From: Octopus vulgaris
Lineage: Eukaryota
NCBI GenBank assembly: GCA_951406725.2
Contig: OX597816.1
Span: 1,302,001 to 1,366,000, forward strand
Direction of reading: 5' to 3'
Length of the DNA: 64,000 nt
In this document: positions 1-12,393 of the stretch, piece by piece
How the letters are laid out: every line of letters begins with the position of its first letter
Position numbering within the stretch: position 1 is the first letter of the stretch
Translations under genes and position numbers: made by a program
The notes under the pieces: generated by a model
Told to the model about the DNA's origin: nothing
What the model saw: only the letters and a program-made list of their open reading frames with translations
The model's database searches: none

Positions 1-489
1 GAGTTAAAATTACTACCTGCTTTTATAGCAAGTTGATGCAGGTAGTTTATCCTGTCCCCACTCCAACTTTTAGTTCATGCAATTGAAAAACCTGCATTAT
101 TTATGGGATGAGCCAATAGAATAATTCCTCACAAAAACCATGCCTGGTCAATATAAGCAACATCACCAACATCCAAACAATATCCCCATATATTCAGATC
201 ATTCTGTCTGAGTCTTCAGTTTCTCAACAACAAATTGCTTAGAAGAAAAAAGTGCATCAGGCGTCAGGACAAGTATAATCACAGCCTGATGTCCTTGATA
301 CTTCATAACTTTCTGAAAAATACCTTTTTTTAACGAAATTTTTCAGAGATACATTTCCAGGTATGTGGATTATGGCTGCATCGTTCATTTCCCGTCCACT
401 TCTCCATGCTTGCGTGAGTCAGACAGAATTTGTCAAGGCACATTCTGAATGGCCGGCTACCTTTCCTGTCACCAACTCTCACCTACAAC

Positions 490-870
490 CTTAGTAAAAA
501 AGAAAGGCACATAGGATGATGTAGTCCAAGAAACACATCACCATCATCCTTTAATGTCTGTTTCCCATGTACAAAGATGGGATGGTCATGGATGGAATGC
601 AGTCATGAAACCTGCTAAAAATAGCTAAATTTCCCTGAAATTGCATCCTGCTGTCTCAAAAATGGATACATAAGATGATGTAGTCTGAGATACACTATGT
701 CTTAAAAGTGATGGGAAGGTCACATCTGAATTGCAGGCACTTGACCTGCTAGAAACAGCAGCTACATCTCTCTCGTATACCTACCATCTTAAAAAAAGGT
801 CACATTAGATAATGTAGTCCAAGGTGCACTAGACGTGAAAAATAACGGGTCGGTTATGACTGACTTGAAG
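490..870 (+). repeat. Tandem ~130-150-bp diverged units of an interspersed repeat
   Basis: Recurrent blocks gatgatgtagtc / gatgggatggtca / gacctgctagaaatagcagctaaatc; related pieces near 1570, 1900, 40030(-), 55250, 60110(-). Confidence 0.55.
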
Positions 871-986
871 CTAAACAACAACAACAACAACAACAACAAT
901 AACAACAACAACAAACTACAAACAAGAGAAAAATTTCAACAAAATATAATCACAAGAGGAAGAATATTCTACTCAAAGAAATGTAC

Positions 987-1047
987 CTTGTTTCTCCGCA
1001 TCTGTAATGGAGATGTTGCAGATATTATCTTGAATATCAATGTACAT
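987..1047 (-). CDS. Candidate first coding exon segment of an unidentified host gene (exon 987-1102, ATG at 1047)
   Basis: Minus strand: T-rich tract + ctaatcag acceptor, accATG, 20 codons MYIDIQDNICNISITDAEKQ, then AAG|gtacat donor; not part of any repeat seen here. No homology evidence. Confidence 0.3.
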
Positions 1048-1194
1048 GGTCTGTTTGGGTGTTAGTTAGCGGCCGACTAGAAGACTTTAAAGACATCAAG
1101 AACTGATTAGATTCCACAAAGAGAACACATAGTCATTAAGGATGAACGAATGGGAAAGAAAAAGACAAAAACAAAAAACAGAAATTGTATCATT

Positions 1195-1560
1195 CACCTT
1201 TTTTTCAGGCCAATCCACCTGAGACCACCCCTACTGCTATGGTACAAACTTCATGTTTAAAAGTGATTTAAATTAAGAGCCTTCCAACAAAACTTCATAT
1301 TAACATATTTATGCCAACTTAATGACATTTGACGAAGGTCTTCGTTATTTTCAAGATCAATTGAAACGAAAGCAATGTCTTTGAAAAGAAATATGGTAAA
1401 TAAAGTGACCCAAGTGAAAGCCTTCCGTCAAAATTTCATCTTGGTTTCTGTTCCAAACTTAAAAATGACAAAGTTATTTCACTAAATTCCTTATTATTTT
1501 GAAAATCAATTGAAAGAAAGACAGAATATTTCAACAGAAATATGAGAACAAAATGGTTAA
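1195..1560 (+). mobile_element. AT-rich TTAA-ended non-autonomous DNA element (piggyBac-like MITE family)
   Basis: Internal ~140-bp duplication; ends aaatggTTAA; same family at ~10398-10640, 22488-22858, 23320-23580(-), 54880-54990(-). Confidence 0.5.
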
Positions 1561-2526
1561 TGCCAGAGCTCTAAACAGCAGCTAAACTTCCCTTGTATCA
1601 CATCCTATCATCTTTAGAAGACAAAAAGGAAGCATAGTTCTAGATGTAGTCATCATCATCATCATCAACATCATTGTCATTTAACGCCTGTTTTCCAAGC
1701 TGTTATGGGTCGTCAGATGGTTTGACAGGAGCAGGCAAGCCGGTTCAGCTGCACCAGACTCCAATTGTCTGTTTTGGCAGGGTTTCTTTAGCTGGATGCC
1801 CTTCCCAATACCAGCCACTTTACAGAGTGTATCGAGTGGGTTTTATGTGGCACCAGCACAGAGACATTTTACAGGGTATCAGTAAAGGTGCTGGAAAAAA
1901 AGATAGGAGGGTCACAGCTTGAATGCAGTCACTTGACCTGACAGAAATAGCAGCTAAATCTTGCTGCTGACTTCTCCCACTCTCCAAGGTACATCATCCA
2001 ATATTAGTGGACACAACAGGAATTTTGTATTTAAGCTCAATTCTGATCTCTTCTCTTCAGCCATTTCCTTGGATGCTTTTAACTAACAAAAATATGGAAA
2101 TTATTGTAGAATCTATTGATGAACAGTTGCAAATTCAAAAGTTGGAATGGTTAAGCTGAAGTCAAAAGACAACGAGAATATGAGCAAATGCTCAGGTAAT
2201 ATGTTAATTTAATATGTTAATTTAATAACAGCTGATGTAAATGGTTGGGTGATTGCATTCTCCAGTGACAATTTACATTGTATAGATAGAGGGGGAGAAG
2301 GTAAAGGGTTAGGGTAAAGAGAAACTGAACATATGTGCACATATTAGGCTTTGTGGCAAGCAATGAGTAAGTGAATGCCTCCCCTACCTATCCCACCCTC
2401 ACCCACACACACATACAAATTGAAAGAGGAATCATAGGGGAGGAGGTGAAAGTTTAGAGAGGCTGGGTTTCAATGGAGTAGATGTCTGATTGTGTTGTTA
2501 AAATTTTTAAAATACCACATTTATTG

Positions 2527-3507
2527 CAAATAAGTTAGGCTAGATGAGATGCAGTTTGGTTTTCTGCCAGGAAGAAGCATCACTGATGCTATACTTCTGG
2601 TAAGGCAGCTGCAGGAGAAATATCTAGCCAAAGATAAATTTCTGTACTTGGCTTTTGTTGACTTGGAGAAAGCCTTTGACAGGGTCCCCTGATCCCTTAT
2701 CTGGTAGTTAATGCAGAAACTGTGGATAGATGAGTGGTTGGTAACAGCTGTACAAGCCCTGTACATGGATGCTATCAGAAAGGGGAGGGTTGGCAACGAG
2801 TATAGAGAAGAATTCCGGGTAGAAGTAGGGGTTCACCAAGGATCAGTCCTCAGCCCCCTTTTATTCATCATAGTCCTCTAGGCAATAACAGAGGAATTCA
2901 AGACAGGCTGCCCCTGGGAGCTCCTCTATGTGGAAGATGTACAGAAAGCAGATTCCATCATATGCCAGGGGAAAAAACTAAAAGTAGTTGATAGCTTCCA
3001 CTACCTAGGTGACCAAGTCTGTAGTGGGGGTGGATGCTCTGAGAGTGTAGTAGCTAGATTAAGAATAGCCTGGGCAAAGTTCAGAGAGGTCCTACCTCTG
3101 CTGGCAACTAAGGGCTTCTCGCTCAGGATGAAAGGTAAACTGTATGATGCTTGTGTGCGAACAGCCATGCTACACGGCAGTGAACCATGGGCCTTGACGG
3201 CTGAGGAGATGCGTAGACTTGAAAGAAATGAAGCTAGTGTGTTCCGCTGGATGTGTAATGTCAGTGTGCATAAACGACAGAGTGTGAGCACCCTGAGAAA
3301 AAAGTTGCCAGTACCGCCTGACTGGCCATCGTGCTGGTGGCATGTAAAAGCACCCACAACCACTCTCGGAGTGGTTGGTATTAGGAAAGGCATCCAGCTG
3401 TAGAAACTCTGCCAGATCAGATTGGAGCCTGGTGCAGCCATCTGGTTCGCCAGTCCTCAGTCAAATCGTCTAACCCATGCTAGCATGGAAAGCGGATGCT
3501 AAATGAT
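2527..3507 (+). mobile_element. RTE-clade LINE fragment, internally deleted, with 3' end
   Basis: QFGFLPGRS, FVDLEKAFD, GVHQGSVLSPLLF, SFHYLGD, KLYDACVRTAMLHGSE; deletions at ~2930 and ~3306; terminal ccatgctagcatgg hairpin. Confidence 0.92.
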
Positions 3508-3510
3508 ATA

Positions 3511-3602
3511 TCATCATCATCATCATTTAACGTCCGCTTTCCATGCTAGCATGGGTTGGACGATTTGACTGAGGACTGGCGAACCAGATGGCTGCACCAG
3601 GC

Positions 3603-3608
<6 letters not shown>
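3511..3608 (-). mobile_element. RTE 3'-terminal fragment inverted against the preceding copy
   Basis: Reverse complement of 3421-3507; (CAT)n tail; ends in a (TA)n run. Confidence 0.9.
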
Positions 3609-3642
<34 letters not shown>

Positions 3643-4119
3643 CTTTATTGAAATAAAAAAGTATCCCCGCAATTAAACATATACAAAGTGTATTTATAGC
3701 AACTCACACACACACACACACACATACGCACACATATATACATACAATTCACCATACACTTAAACAACCACATACCTCACACACACATTTTATCCAAACA
3801 TGCCCATAAACACTCTCAAACATTCACATACACACATACATACATACAATTAACCCTTACACTAAAAGTGCAAGCAATTTTGACGAATGAGTTTATTTTT
3901 TGGTATCTTGTGTCTCTAAAGTGTAGAATGAATGCTTTTTGAAAGAGCATTTTTATGTAGATTTTCTTAAACTTCAGGGAGACCACCTTCATGAAATGTC
4001 ACAGTATAGGATGTGGTTTCCTTGAGTGCAGGGGCCAATTGGGAGCTGGCATGGTTCCAACAGAGTTGATTGAGACAAAGTTTCCATAGCGAGATGCCCT
4101 TCTACTTGCCAATATATAT

Positions 4120-4258
4120 ACATGGGCTTCTTTCAGTTTCCATCAACCAGATGCATTCACAAGGCTTTGGTCAGTCTAGGGCTACAGAAGAGGATATTTG
4201 CCCAAGTGCGACTGAATCTGAAGCCATGCGGTTGGGAAGGGAATGTAGCCATGCCCAC
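4120..4258 (-). mobile_element. Degenerate tRNA-derived SINE (family A)
   Basis: Reverse complement matches the cttgggcaa...ccttgtga.tg.at.tgg body of 15059-15190 and 58365-58530. Confidence 0.65.
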
Positions 4259-4344
4259 ACCATCAAATATGAAGGGGTTAATTAAAAAACTTACAATTAA
4301 TTGTCTGATTTTTTAAGCGATGAAATTTGCAGAGAACCCAATTA

Positions 4345-5933
4345 ATTAGGAATAGAATTAGACGATATGAAATGCAGTTTGGCTTTGTCCCGAGGGAAGC
4401 ACCACAGATGCTATTTTCGTAATCGGGCAATTTCAAGAGAAGCATTTAGATAAGAACAAGCCATTCTGTTGTGGTGGGCAGGTCTTCTCAACGACAACAA
4501 TGTTAATCTAGAGAAAGTCTTTGACAGAGTCCTTTGCTCTGCGATGGGGTAGTCTGTGGAAGCTGGGGACGGATGGCTTGTACAAAAAGCAGTACAGGCC
4601 ATGTACAGGGGTGCTGTTGATAAGGCAAGAGTTGGCTATGAGTACTGTGATGAATTTAGTGTGCACCAAGGGTCAGTCCTCAGCTCCCTCCTCTTCACCA
4701 TTGTTCTCTAGGCCATAACAGAGGAATTCAAGATTGAAAGCCCATGGGGACTATTATATGCTGATGATCTGGCCCTCACAACAGAATCTGTAACAGAAAA
4801 GAAAATGAATTCCAGGTGTGGAAGCAGAATCTGGAATCAAAGGGTCTTAAAGTAAATGTAGTAAAAACCAAGGTCCTACTAAGCAAGAAATCAGATAGGA
4901 CCCTTCACCCTTCTGGTAAATGGCCCTACTCAATATGTAGGAAGGGTGTAGGTAGAAATTCCATTTAGTACACCCAGTGCAAGTTACGGAGACAAAGGGA
5001 GTGCAGTGGAATAAGGAAGGTTAACAGAGAAAGTAGTGTTTGTATGTAGAAGATGCATGGGAACCATAAAGACCACAGACACATAGGAAACTGGTCTCTT
5101 TAAATGTGCCAGTGGATCTCTGGAAGTTGTAGATGAATTTTGTAACTTAGGTGACCTAATTAGCAGTGGAGGAAATTGTAGAAAAAAGTGTAATTGCTAG
5201 ATTAAAAATAGGATGGAGAAAATTCAGAAAGCTTTTGCCTCTGTTGACAACAAAACATCTCTCTCTCCGATTGAAGGGAAGATTGTATGATGCATGTGTA
5301 TGATGCTGCATGGTAGTGAGACGTGGGCCCTAAATACAGAGGACATGCAAAGTCTGGAGAGGAATGAAGCTGGTATGTATGTGTGCTGTCAGTGTGCATT
5401 TGAGACAGAGTATTGGTGTATAGAGAGAGAAGGTGGGCCTAAGCGGAATTAGATATCATATGCAAGAGAGGAGACTGCACTGATTTGGTCATGTGATGTG
5501 GATGGATAAGGACAGTTGCACAAAGCAGTGCTGTTCACTTAAAGTGGAGGGAAGCTGTGGAAGAGGGAGACCCAGGAAGAGGTGGGATGAAGTTTTGAAG
5601 GCCGATCTCAAAACGCTGAACTTTACGAAGGAGATGAAAGAGAACCGAAATACGTGGCAACACATTGTTGTAGTTGAGAAGACGTGCCCACCACAACAGA
5701 ATGGAGAGCTTAAAACCAAGGTGCTACGTAAAACGCATTGGTGCTGGTGCCACATAAAAAGCACCAAGTACACTCTTTGGAGTGACATTAGGAAGGGCAT
5801 CCAGCTATAGAAACCAAGTCAAAACAGTCAATGGAACCTTGTGCAGCTCTCCAGCCTTGCCAGTTGCTGTCAAGTCATTCAACCCATGCCAGTATGGAAA
5901 ACAGATGTTAAATGTTGATGATGATGATGATGA
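4345..5933 (+). mobile_element. Old RTE-clade LINE, degraded RT and 3' end
   Basis: QFGFVP, LLYADDL (tatgctgatgat ~4757), Cys-rich insert, GRGRPRKRW, (GAT)n tail; many stops and frameshifts. Confidence 0.9.
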
Positions 5934-6291
5934 CAAAATGGAATTTAGTTTTTGCCTTGATGATGTCCATTAAAAAAATTTCTCAATTACCATTATTCTG
6001 AGTGCCCATATCAACTGATGGTGTGATTCCATGTTCTAAATTTTTTCCCCAAAAAGCTATAATCATGCACAGAAATTGAAATAAACCAAGCTATTTAAAA
6101 AAAACAAACTCCACCCCACCCCACCCACTCCTGTAACTTTGTTCCTCCACAACTTTTTGATAAAATTAAGTAAAAATAAAATGTCGGAGGAGTTTTGTTG
6201 ATTTTAATATCTCTAATTTCCGTAATTTTAGCAGTTTTCACTTTTTAAAAAATTGTTTGAAACATCAACTATTTCTGGAAATGTATTTTAA

Positions 6292-6511
6292 CCCTTTGGT
6301 GTTTTAGCCAGCCATAGCCGACCCAAATATCCTACATGTTTTACATTCAAACTGGCCATATCTAGCCTCTCACACCAACCTACATTGACATTCCATGAAT
6401 AAACTATCACACCATTGAAACTTCAAAGCTGTAAGATAATGTATGATTAATTTTAAATGATTTGAGTGAAAAAGGTATTACACTTAACAGATTAATCTGA
6501 ACACTAAAGGG
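6292..6511. mobile_element. piggyBac-type MITE (220 bp)
   Basis: TTAA at 6288-6291 and 6512-6515; TIRs ccctttggtgtt / aacactaaaggg (1 mismatch). Confidence 0.75.
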
Positions 6512-7049
6512 TTAAAGAGCTATGGGAAAAAAAGTCTGAAGGCTGGAGAGAAAATGAGTGGAAAAATTTAATGTTATCAACATAACTGTAATCACCTTTT
6601 CTAGAATTATGAGGAAGCAAAGTCGGAGATGAAGGGGAGGAGAATAATCTGAAACTGCTTATTAAAAATTAAAGTAATCAACACAATCACATGTTGATCA
6701 CATCAAAGGGTAAAACTTCATTAGAAACTAAACGTTTTTCAGAAAATTGTGAGGAAATAAAGTCGATGTGGGGGGGGGACTAACTGTAATTATGTCCTTT
6801 TATAAAAATAAATAATAATTTTCTGTCTCTCCCTTTGTGAATTAAATCATTTCTATTGTATTAAAAGATTCTAAATTTCTTCTTCCGTCTGTTTTATTTG
6901 TTGTTTGGAAAAAAAAACTTTAGCCTTGAAAGCGAAACTTCCACGTGTCCACGAAATTCAAATATTATTTTCGTAAAAAGAGAAAAGAAAAAAAAAACAA
7001 ATTTGTAACTTAAAAAAAAGAGAGAGAAATATAATAAAATTATAAAATA

Positions 7050-8450
7050 AAAATTAATTGTAACATGATTAATGATTTTTATAATGCAAATAATAAGTTT
7101 GTTTATCTAAATACGAAACGATGGCGAACAATCTAAACCTTATAGAATAGGATTGAGAGAAAGTAGAAAACTGAATGTCAGAGTAAACTGGTTTGAACTG
7201 AAGAGTGTTCGGAATAACATGGAATCAACCTGCAGAATTCCAGAATACATTCTGTTATAAGAATAGTAAGACAACGAATGAGAAAATAAAATACAGATTG
7301 TAAAATGAACGTTCAAAGAATTGAAGAATTAGTTTTAGAATTAGAACGTAATAATGTGAGAAACGGTTTTATTAGTTTATAAAACCGATAATGGGAGATT
7401 TACTAATGCGAAGCTATTTTACAATTAAAAACATAATGATTAAGGTTAATTATTCTTTCTGATGCAAAGTAAAATACTAAGTTTATAGAACTTTTTTGTG
7501 TATATTTTCATTTTATTCGCTTGTTTTGCAATCGTTAATTTTTCTCTCTCTCCAAATAAAATTTTAAATTTTGTCCTTGTAGTTACATTTTGTAGCCTAA
7601 GTCTACAGTATCCACCGATTAGGAATGAGGCAATGTTTTTCGTAGAATATAGAAGGGGGAATGGTTTGTAGAACTTATGTTGAACTGCGCGTGGTATATC
7701 TAAACTTGTAGAATAGAAATATCTACAGTGACACTGTAGACCTGACGAAGGACAATATGTGAAATATTGATTTCTAAAATAGAGAGATGGTTTCAATTTT
7801 ACAGCTTTGAAGGCATTTTGTAATATCTTTGCGAGAACTTTATCGAGGTATAGGCAAATTGTTACAAGTATTCGACTAACGCGTGTAGACTTAATGCATG
7901 TTTGAGTTAATGAAAAGAAAAAAATCAGGAAGTAGTTTAAATAATCAAAGATGAGTCGATCGTACTTTGCTATAAAAATATCACTTACCATGAATTTTAT
8001 CCACTCTTTCTTTATCTACAAAAGTTGTTAAAGATCGTCCGTCTTTTAAATAAAATCCCTTGTTAGACTTTAGGTTTGATGGATGCATTAGTTAATACGA
8101 TGTGACTAGACAGGTCCAAACTATGATCAGAGGTACAAAAATATAGAAATTTCTGATTATAAAATGAAAGAAGGAATCATAGCGAAATAACACAGTTTCT
8201 TCTTTTTTTCACTCCATTTATCAATTTGATCGTTTCTAAGACTCAAATAGATATTTTTGCCATATGGAATGAGATTTTGATATTTTAAACCCACTGAATT
8301 TGGTTTTATGGTGTTGATATTGATTTCGTTTCGGCAGTTATTGTATAGTTTCTGCTGACGGTTTCTACACAGTTTGGCATATCGTGTCGAACCGGTTTTA
8401 ATTTTTGTTTGTCCCATTGTATGACTAATGTGTGCTTCTGGGTCAACTGC
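7050..8450 (+). mobile_element. Highly degraded Penelope-like retroelement
   Basis: Plus-strand reading near 8020-8135, KVVKDRPSF*NPLLDFRFDGCIS*YDVTRQVQTMIRG, resembles the PLE GIY-YIG block (KD..VVY.F.C.C..YIG.T.R.L..RI.EH); boundaries uncertain. Confidence 0.35.
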
Positions 8451-9659
8451 TTAACGTTATTAGATATTAAAACGGCTGCTCTTGTTAGTTACGTTTTTTA
8501 ATAATAATGTTTTTTATTGCTGTTCTTATCTTCTTAACATTTATTTTTTGTTTACTTTTAATAGTTATTTTTCAACCAAATACCCAGCCGTAATATAATT
8601 TACGCAACATTGATATTTGTTGTGATATAATTGTTTTGCTTTTTTTTTCAATTGTTGATATTAGAAAAACAGTTGATACTTCTTACTGGTAATATAATTT
8701 CTGTTCGAGTACAACTGGAGATATTTTTACTATACTCTTAAAAGAATTTAGAGGTAAAGATCAGGGTCTTATTTGCAGCGAATAGGGCACATCGAAAGAT
8801 TCACTCTTCAGAAATGTTACATTGTAAATAATATCAATTTAAGTTGCTGATTCAAATTTATTGATACTTTGTCAGATTTTCTCTCTACCTAGCCTCCAGT
8901 AAAACTAGGTTAACTTGACCTTTTAACCCCCCCCCCTCTCTCTCTTTAATAGCCTGATTTACGATACTAACAACCATATTGTCTACTGCTTCTGTTTCAA
9001 CCTCAGATCTAAGATGTCCATATCTATCTCTTTATGCTTATACATCTACTAAAGCTACGCTGAATTATCTTTCAGTTTCTCTTAAGTAAGGAATCTGCTC
9101 CTCTTTACTGTTCTCACTTTATTCTTTATTGCAAACGTTTGTTTTTAAATGAGAGAGTTCATTTCCCAATTGAGTATTCGGTGAAAATGAGTCACCAGAA
9201 ATGTAACACAAGAGATAAGAAATTCTGATGATGTTCCTTACTGGAACAGTTTGTGAAGTAATACTGTTGCCCTCTGTAGAGACTTCATCAAAAGGGTTGT
9301 TAAGTGAAGATATACACAAGGGATTGTTTCCATTGCTTTGAAAATTCCCGCATTATCATCATTTACAGAATTTTCTCCCCCCCCTCTCTCTCTCCCTCTC
9401 TCTTCTAAAAAGTAGGACAGGGTAGGGAGTTATTGAGATGAGATGTAGACTTTCAGGGACAACAGACTGAAATTATTTAAAGATCATTGTTTGGTTTCTA
9501 CTACAAATATTATTCTGGAGTCTCAGTGGGGTTGTTTATCTTCTGTTCTTCAATGGCACTTCACAAGGTTCCGTAGTTCACGTGTGAAGACAATGACCAC
9601 TCTAAAATTTGAATTTGCAAATAGTTTAATAACCCACATCATTTATATTTACAAATGCA

Positions 9660-9958
9660 CATCCAATGAATTAAGGGAACATCAGAACAGCCTGCTCATG
9701 AAATTAACAGGCAAGTGGCTGAGTACTCCTCAGACATGTCTACCATTAATGTAGTTCTCGGAGAGATTCAGCATGACACAGAATGTGACAAGGCCGATCC
9801 TTTGAATTACAGGTATGACTCATTTTGGTCAGGTGAGTGGACAGAAGCAAGGTGAAATAATGTGTCTTGCTCAAGGACACACACGTCACCAGGAATTGAA
9901 CTCCTGACTTTATGATGTGAGCTGATTACCCTAATCACTAATTACGAAGCCACACACC
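9660..9958 (-). mobile_element. tRNA-derived SINE (family C-like)
   Basis: Minus strand B box gagttcaattcc followed by gtgtccttgagcaagacac central box. Confidence 0.7.
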
Positions 9959-11244
9959 TTCACACAGTATACAATTATTGTGTGTTACGCAACACTGCAA
10001 GTTAAAGTTGGTGCCTTTTGTTGACCACAACATAAGCATGTTATATAAAAAAGTGAAGCGGGACGGAAAGCCAATTCATTGTAAACGTTGACATAGATTC
10101 CTCTCGACAGCTTTGTGACTCTCCAGCCTGAGATTGAAGTTGTCACTTTTTATAACAGTAAGCCGTCCTTCTAGAATCTTCAGCAAAATTGTTTGGTGGG
10201 AAAACTCTTCCACTCCCTCTCAAGTTTACCACTCTAATAAGTCAATTAGTGCTGATCGGTGAAACCACAGACGCACACCTTTTCTGACAACACTCATCTT
10301 TTTATGGAGAAACCTGTTTCTAGACTGGGAAAATCTAACAGTTTGACACAAATCCAAACAACATATTCTGTCCTTTCAGTTATTTAGGTAGTCAAAACAC
10401 AGTCCTTGTGGCAGGACAACCCTTTTGATACGAACACACCATCCTTAATTCTGTAATACAAACTTCTGGTTTTAAAGTGACCTAAATTAAAATTTTCCCT
10501 CAAAATTCTATGTTAATTCATATTCCTAATACCAGCTTAATAATTTCAAATTCATTTTGCTAAACTCTTCATTATTTTCAAAACTAAGTGAAACAAATGT
10601 AGTTTATTCTAACAGGAATGTGGTTCATAAAATTATGAAATGTATTAATTTGGTTTCGTCACTTTTTCTGTCAAGCATCAAAATAAACCATGGTTGTATT
10701 AAATTTGAGACTCTCCAGTTTGATGTTTGCCAACTTGATATGAAAGAACTTCAACCAAGTGAATAGAGTTCCTTTAATAAGTCTATCATGATTTAATAGC
10801 TTATAGAAGTGGTGTGTCAATTGGTGATGAAATAAAACAAATATTTAATGTCTGTGCAGAATGGCTATAAAACAATTTAAATTGCTCTCAATATCACAGC
10901 AATGGGTTTAGAGCACAAGTAAATCTAGTTTATTCGGGTGGCCAGGGATCAATCTCCCATTGCTGTCATCATCATCATCATCACCATTAATAACATTACC
11001 GTTGTCGTCATCATAAGTGGAGAGGAAGAAATGGTAGAGTGTTGGACTGAATAAATGTATTATGGTTATTCAGTTGCATCCGTTTGCCTTCTGAGTTTCA
11101 AATCTAACCAGTTCCTCAGCTGAAGTGCTTACCATCAGGGACTCGACAAAATTACGACTGGGAGTGGGCTCTTGGTGGGGTTTGCAAGAGATAAGGATCT
11201 TCATATTTGAGCAGCTGCTGTAAGACGCTTTCACTGAACATCTA

Positions 11245-12393
11245 ACTGCAGAAGAAGTACCTAGCTAAAGATAAACCCCTCTACATAGCTTTTGTGGACT
11301 TGGAGAAAGCCTTTGACAGCGTCCCCTGATCCCTTATCTGGTGGGAGAAACTAGAAGTAGTTGATAGTTTCTGCTACCTGGGTGACCAAGTTAGTAGTGG
11401 AGGTGGATGCTCAGAGAGTGTCACCACCAGAATACGAATAGCCTGGGCAAAGTTTAGAAAGCTCCTACCCCTACTGGCGACAAAGGGGCTCTCACTCAGA
11501 GTGAAAGGTAGATTGTATGATGCATGTGTGCGAACTGCCATGCTTCACGGTAGTGAAACATGGGCCGTGACTGCAGAGGACATGCGTAGACTTGAAAGAA
11601 ATGAAGCTAGCATGATCCGCTGAATGTGTAATATCAGTGTGCGCGCATGACAGAGTGTAAGCACCCTGAGAGAAATGCTGGATATAAGAAGCATCAGATG
11701 TGGTGTGCAAGAGCGACGCTTGCGATGGTATGGTCATGTGCTGCGGATGGATGAGGAAAGATGTGTGAAGAAGTGCCGCTCCCAAACAGTTGAAGGTATC
11801 TGGGGGAGAGGTAGACCCAGGAAGACATGGGATGAGGTAGTCAAGCATGACCTCAGAGCGTTGGGCCTCACAGAGGCAATGGCGAAGGACCGAGATCTCT
11901 GGAGATATGCTGTGACTGCAAAGACCTAGGCTGCTTCCTGCACCAGTTCCGCATAGCCCCTGCCCATTCAAAGTACCTTGGATTCCAGAACATCCCGCTG
12001 TGCTTGAGGAGACCTATTGAGTCAAGTACATGAACATCGAAATAAATATCAATGGAAATAGTAGTTGTGATACCTGTGCCGGTGGCACATAAAAAGCACC
12101 ATCAGAACGTGGCCGATGCCAGCACCGCCATGACTGGCTTCCGTGCCGGTGGCACGTTAAAAGCACCAATCGATCATGGCCGATGCCAGACCCCCCCTGG
12201 CACTTGTGCAGGTGGCACGTAAAAAGCACCCACTACACTCGCGGAGTGGTTGGCGTTAGGAAGGGCATCCAGCTGTAGAAACACTCCCAGATCAGACTGG
12301 AGCCTGGTGCAGCCCCTGGCTTCTCAGACCCCGGTCGAACCGTCCAACCTGTGCTAGCATGGAAAACGGATGTTAAACGATGATGATGATGAT
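11245..12393 (+). mobile_element. RTE-clade LINE, internally deleted, with complete 3' UTR
   Basis: QKKYLAKDKPLYIAFVDLEKAFD joined at ~11344 directly to KLEVVDSFCYLGD; RLRWYGHVLRM; 3 hairpin units; (GAT)n then atatat. Confidence 0.93.

Noticed and set aside
2061-2195. Plus-strand exon-like segment (ttcag|...cag|gtaata)
   Set aside because: In-frame stop in the best frame and no partner exons; unsupported without RNA data.
7446-7991. 181-aa minus-strand ORF as a gene
   Set aside because: No recognisable motif; the opposite strand shows weak Penelope-like motifs.
8355-8402. Hammerhead-like ctgacgg...gaaccggtt
   Set aside because: Core mismatches and no stem I; too decayed to call.
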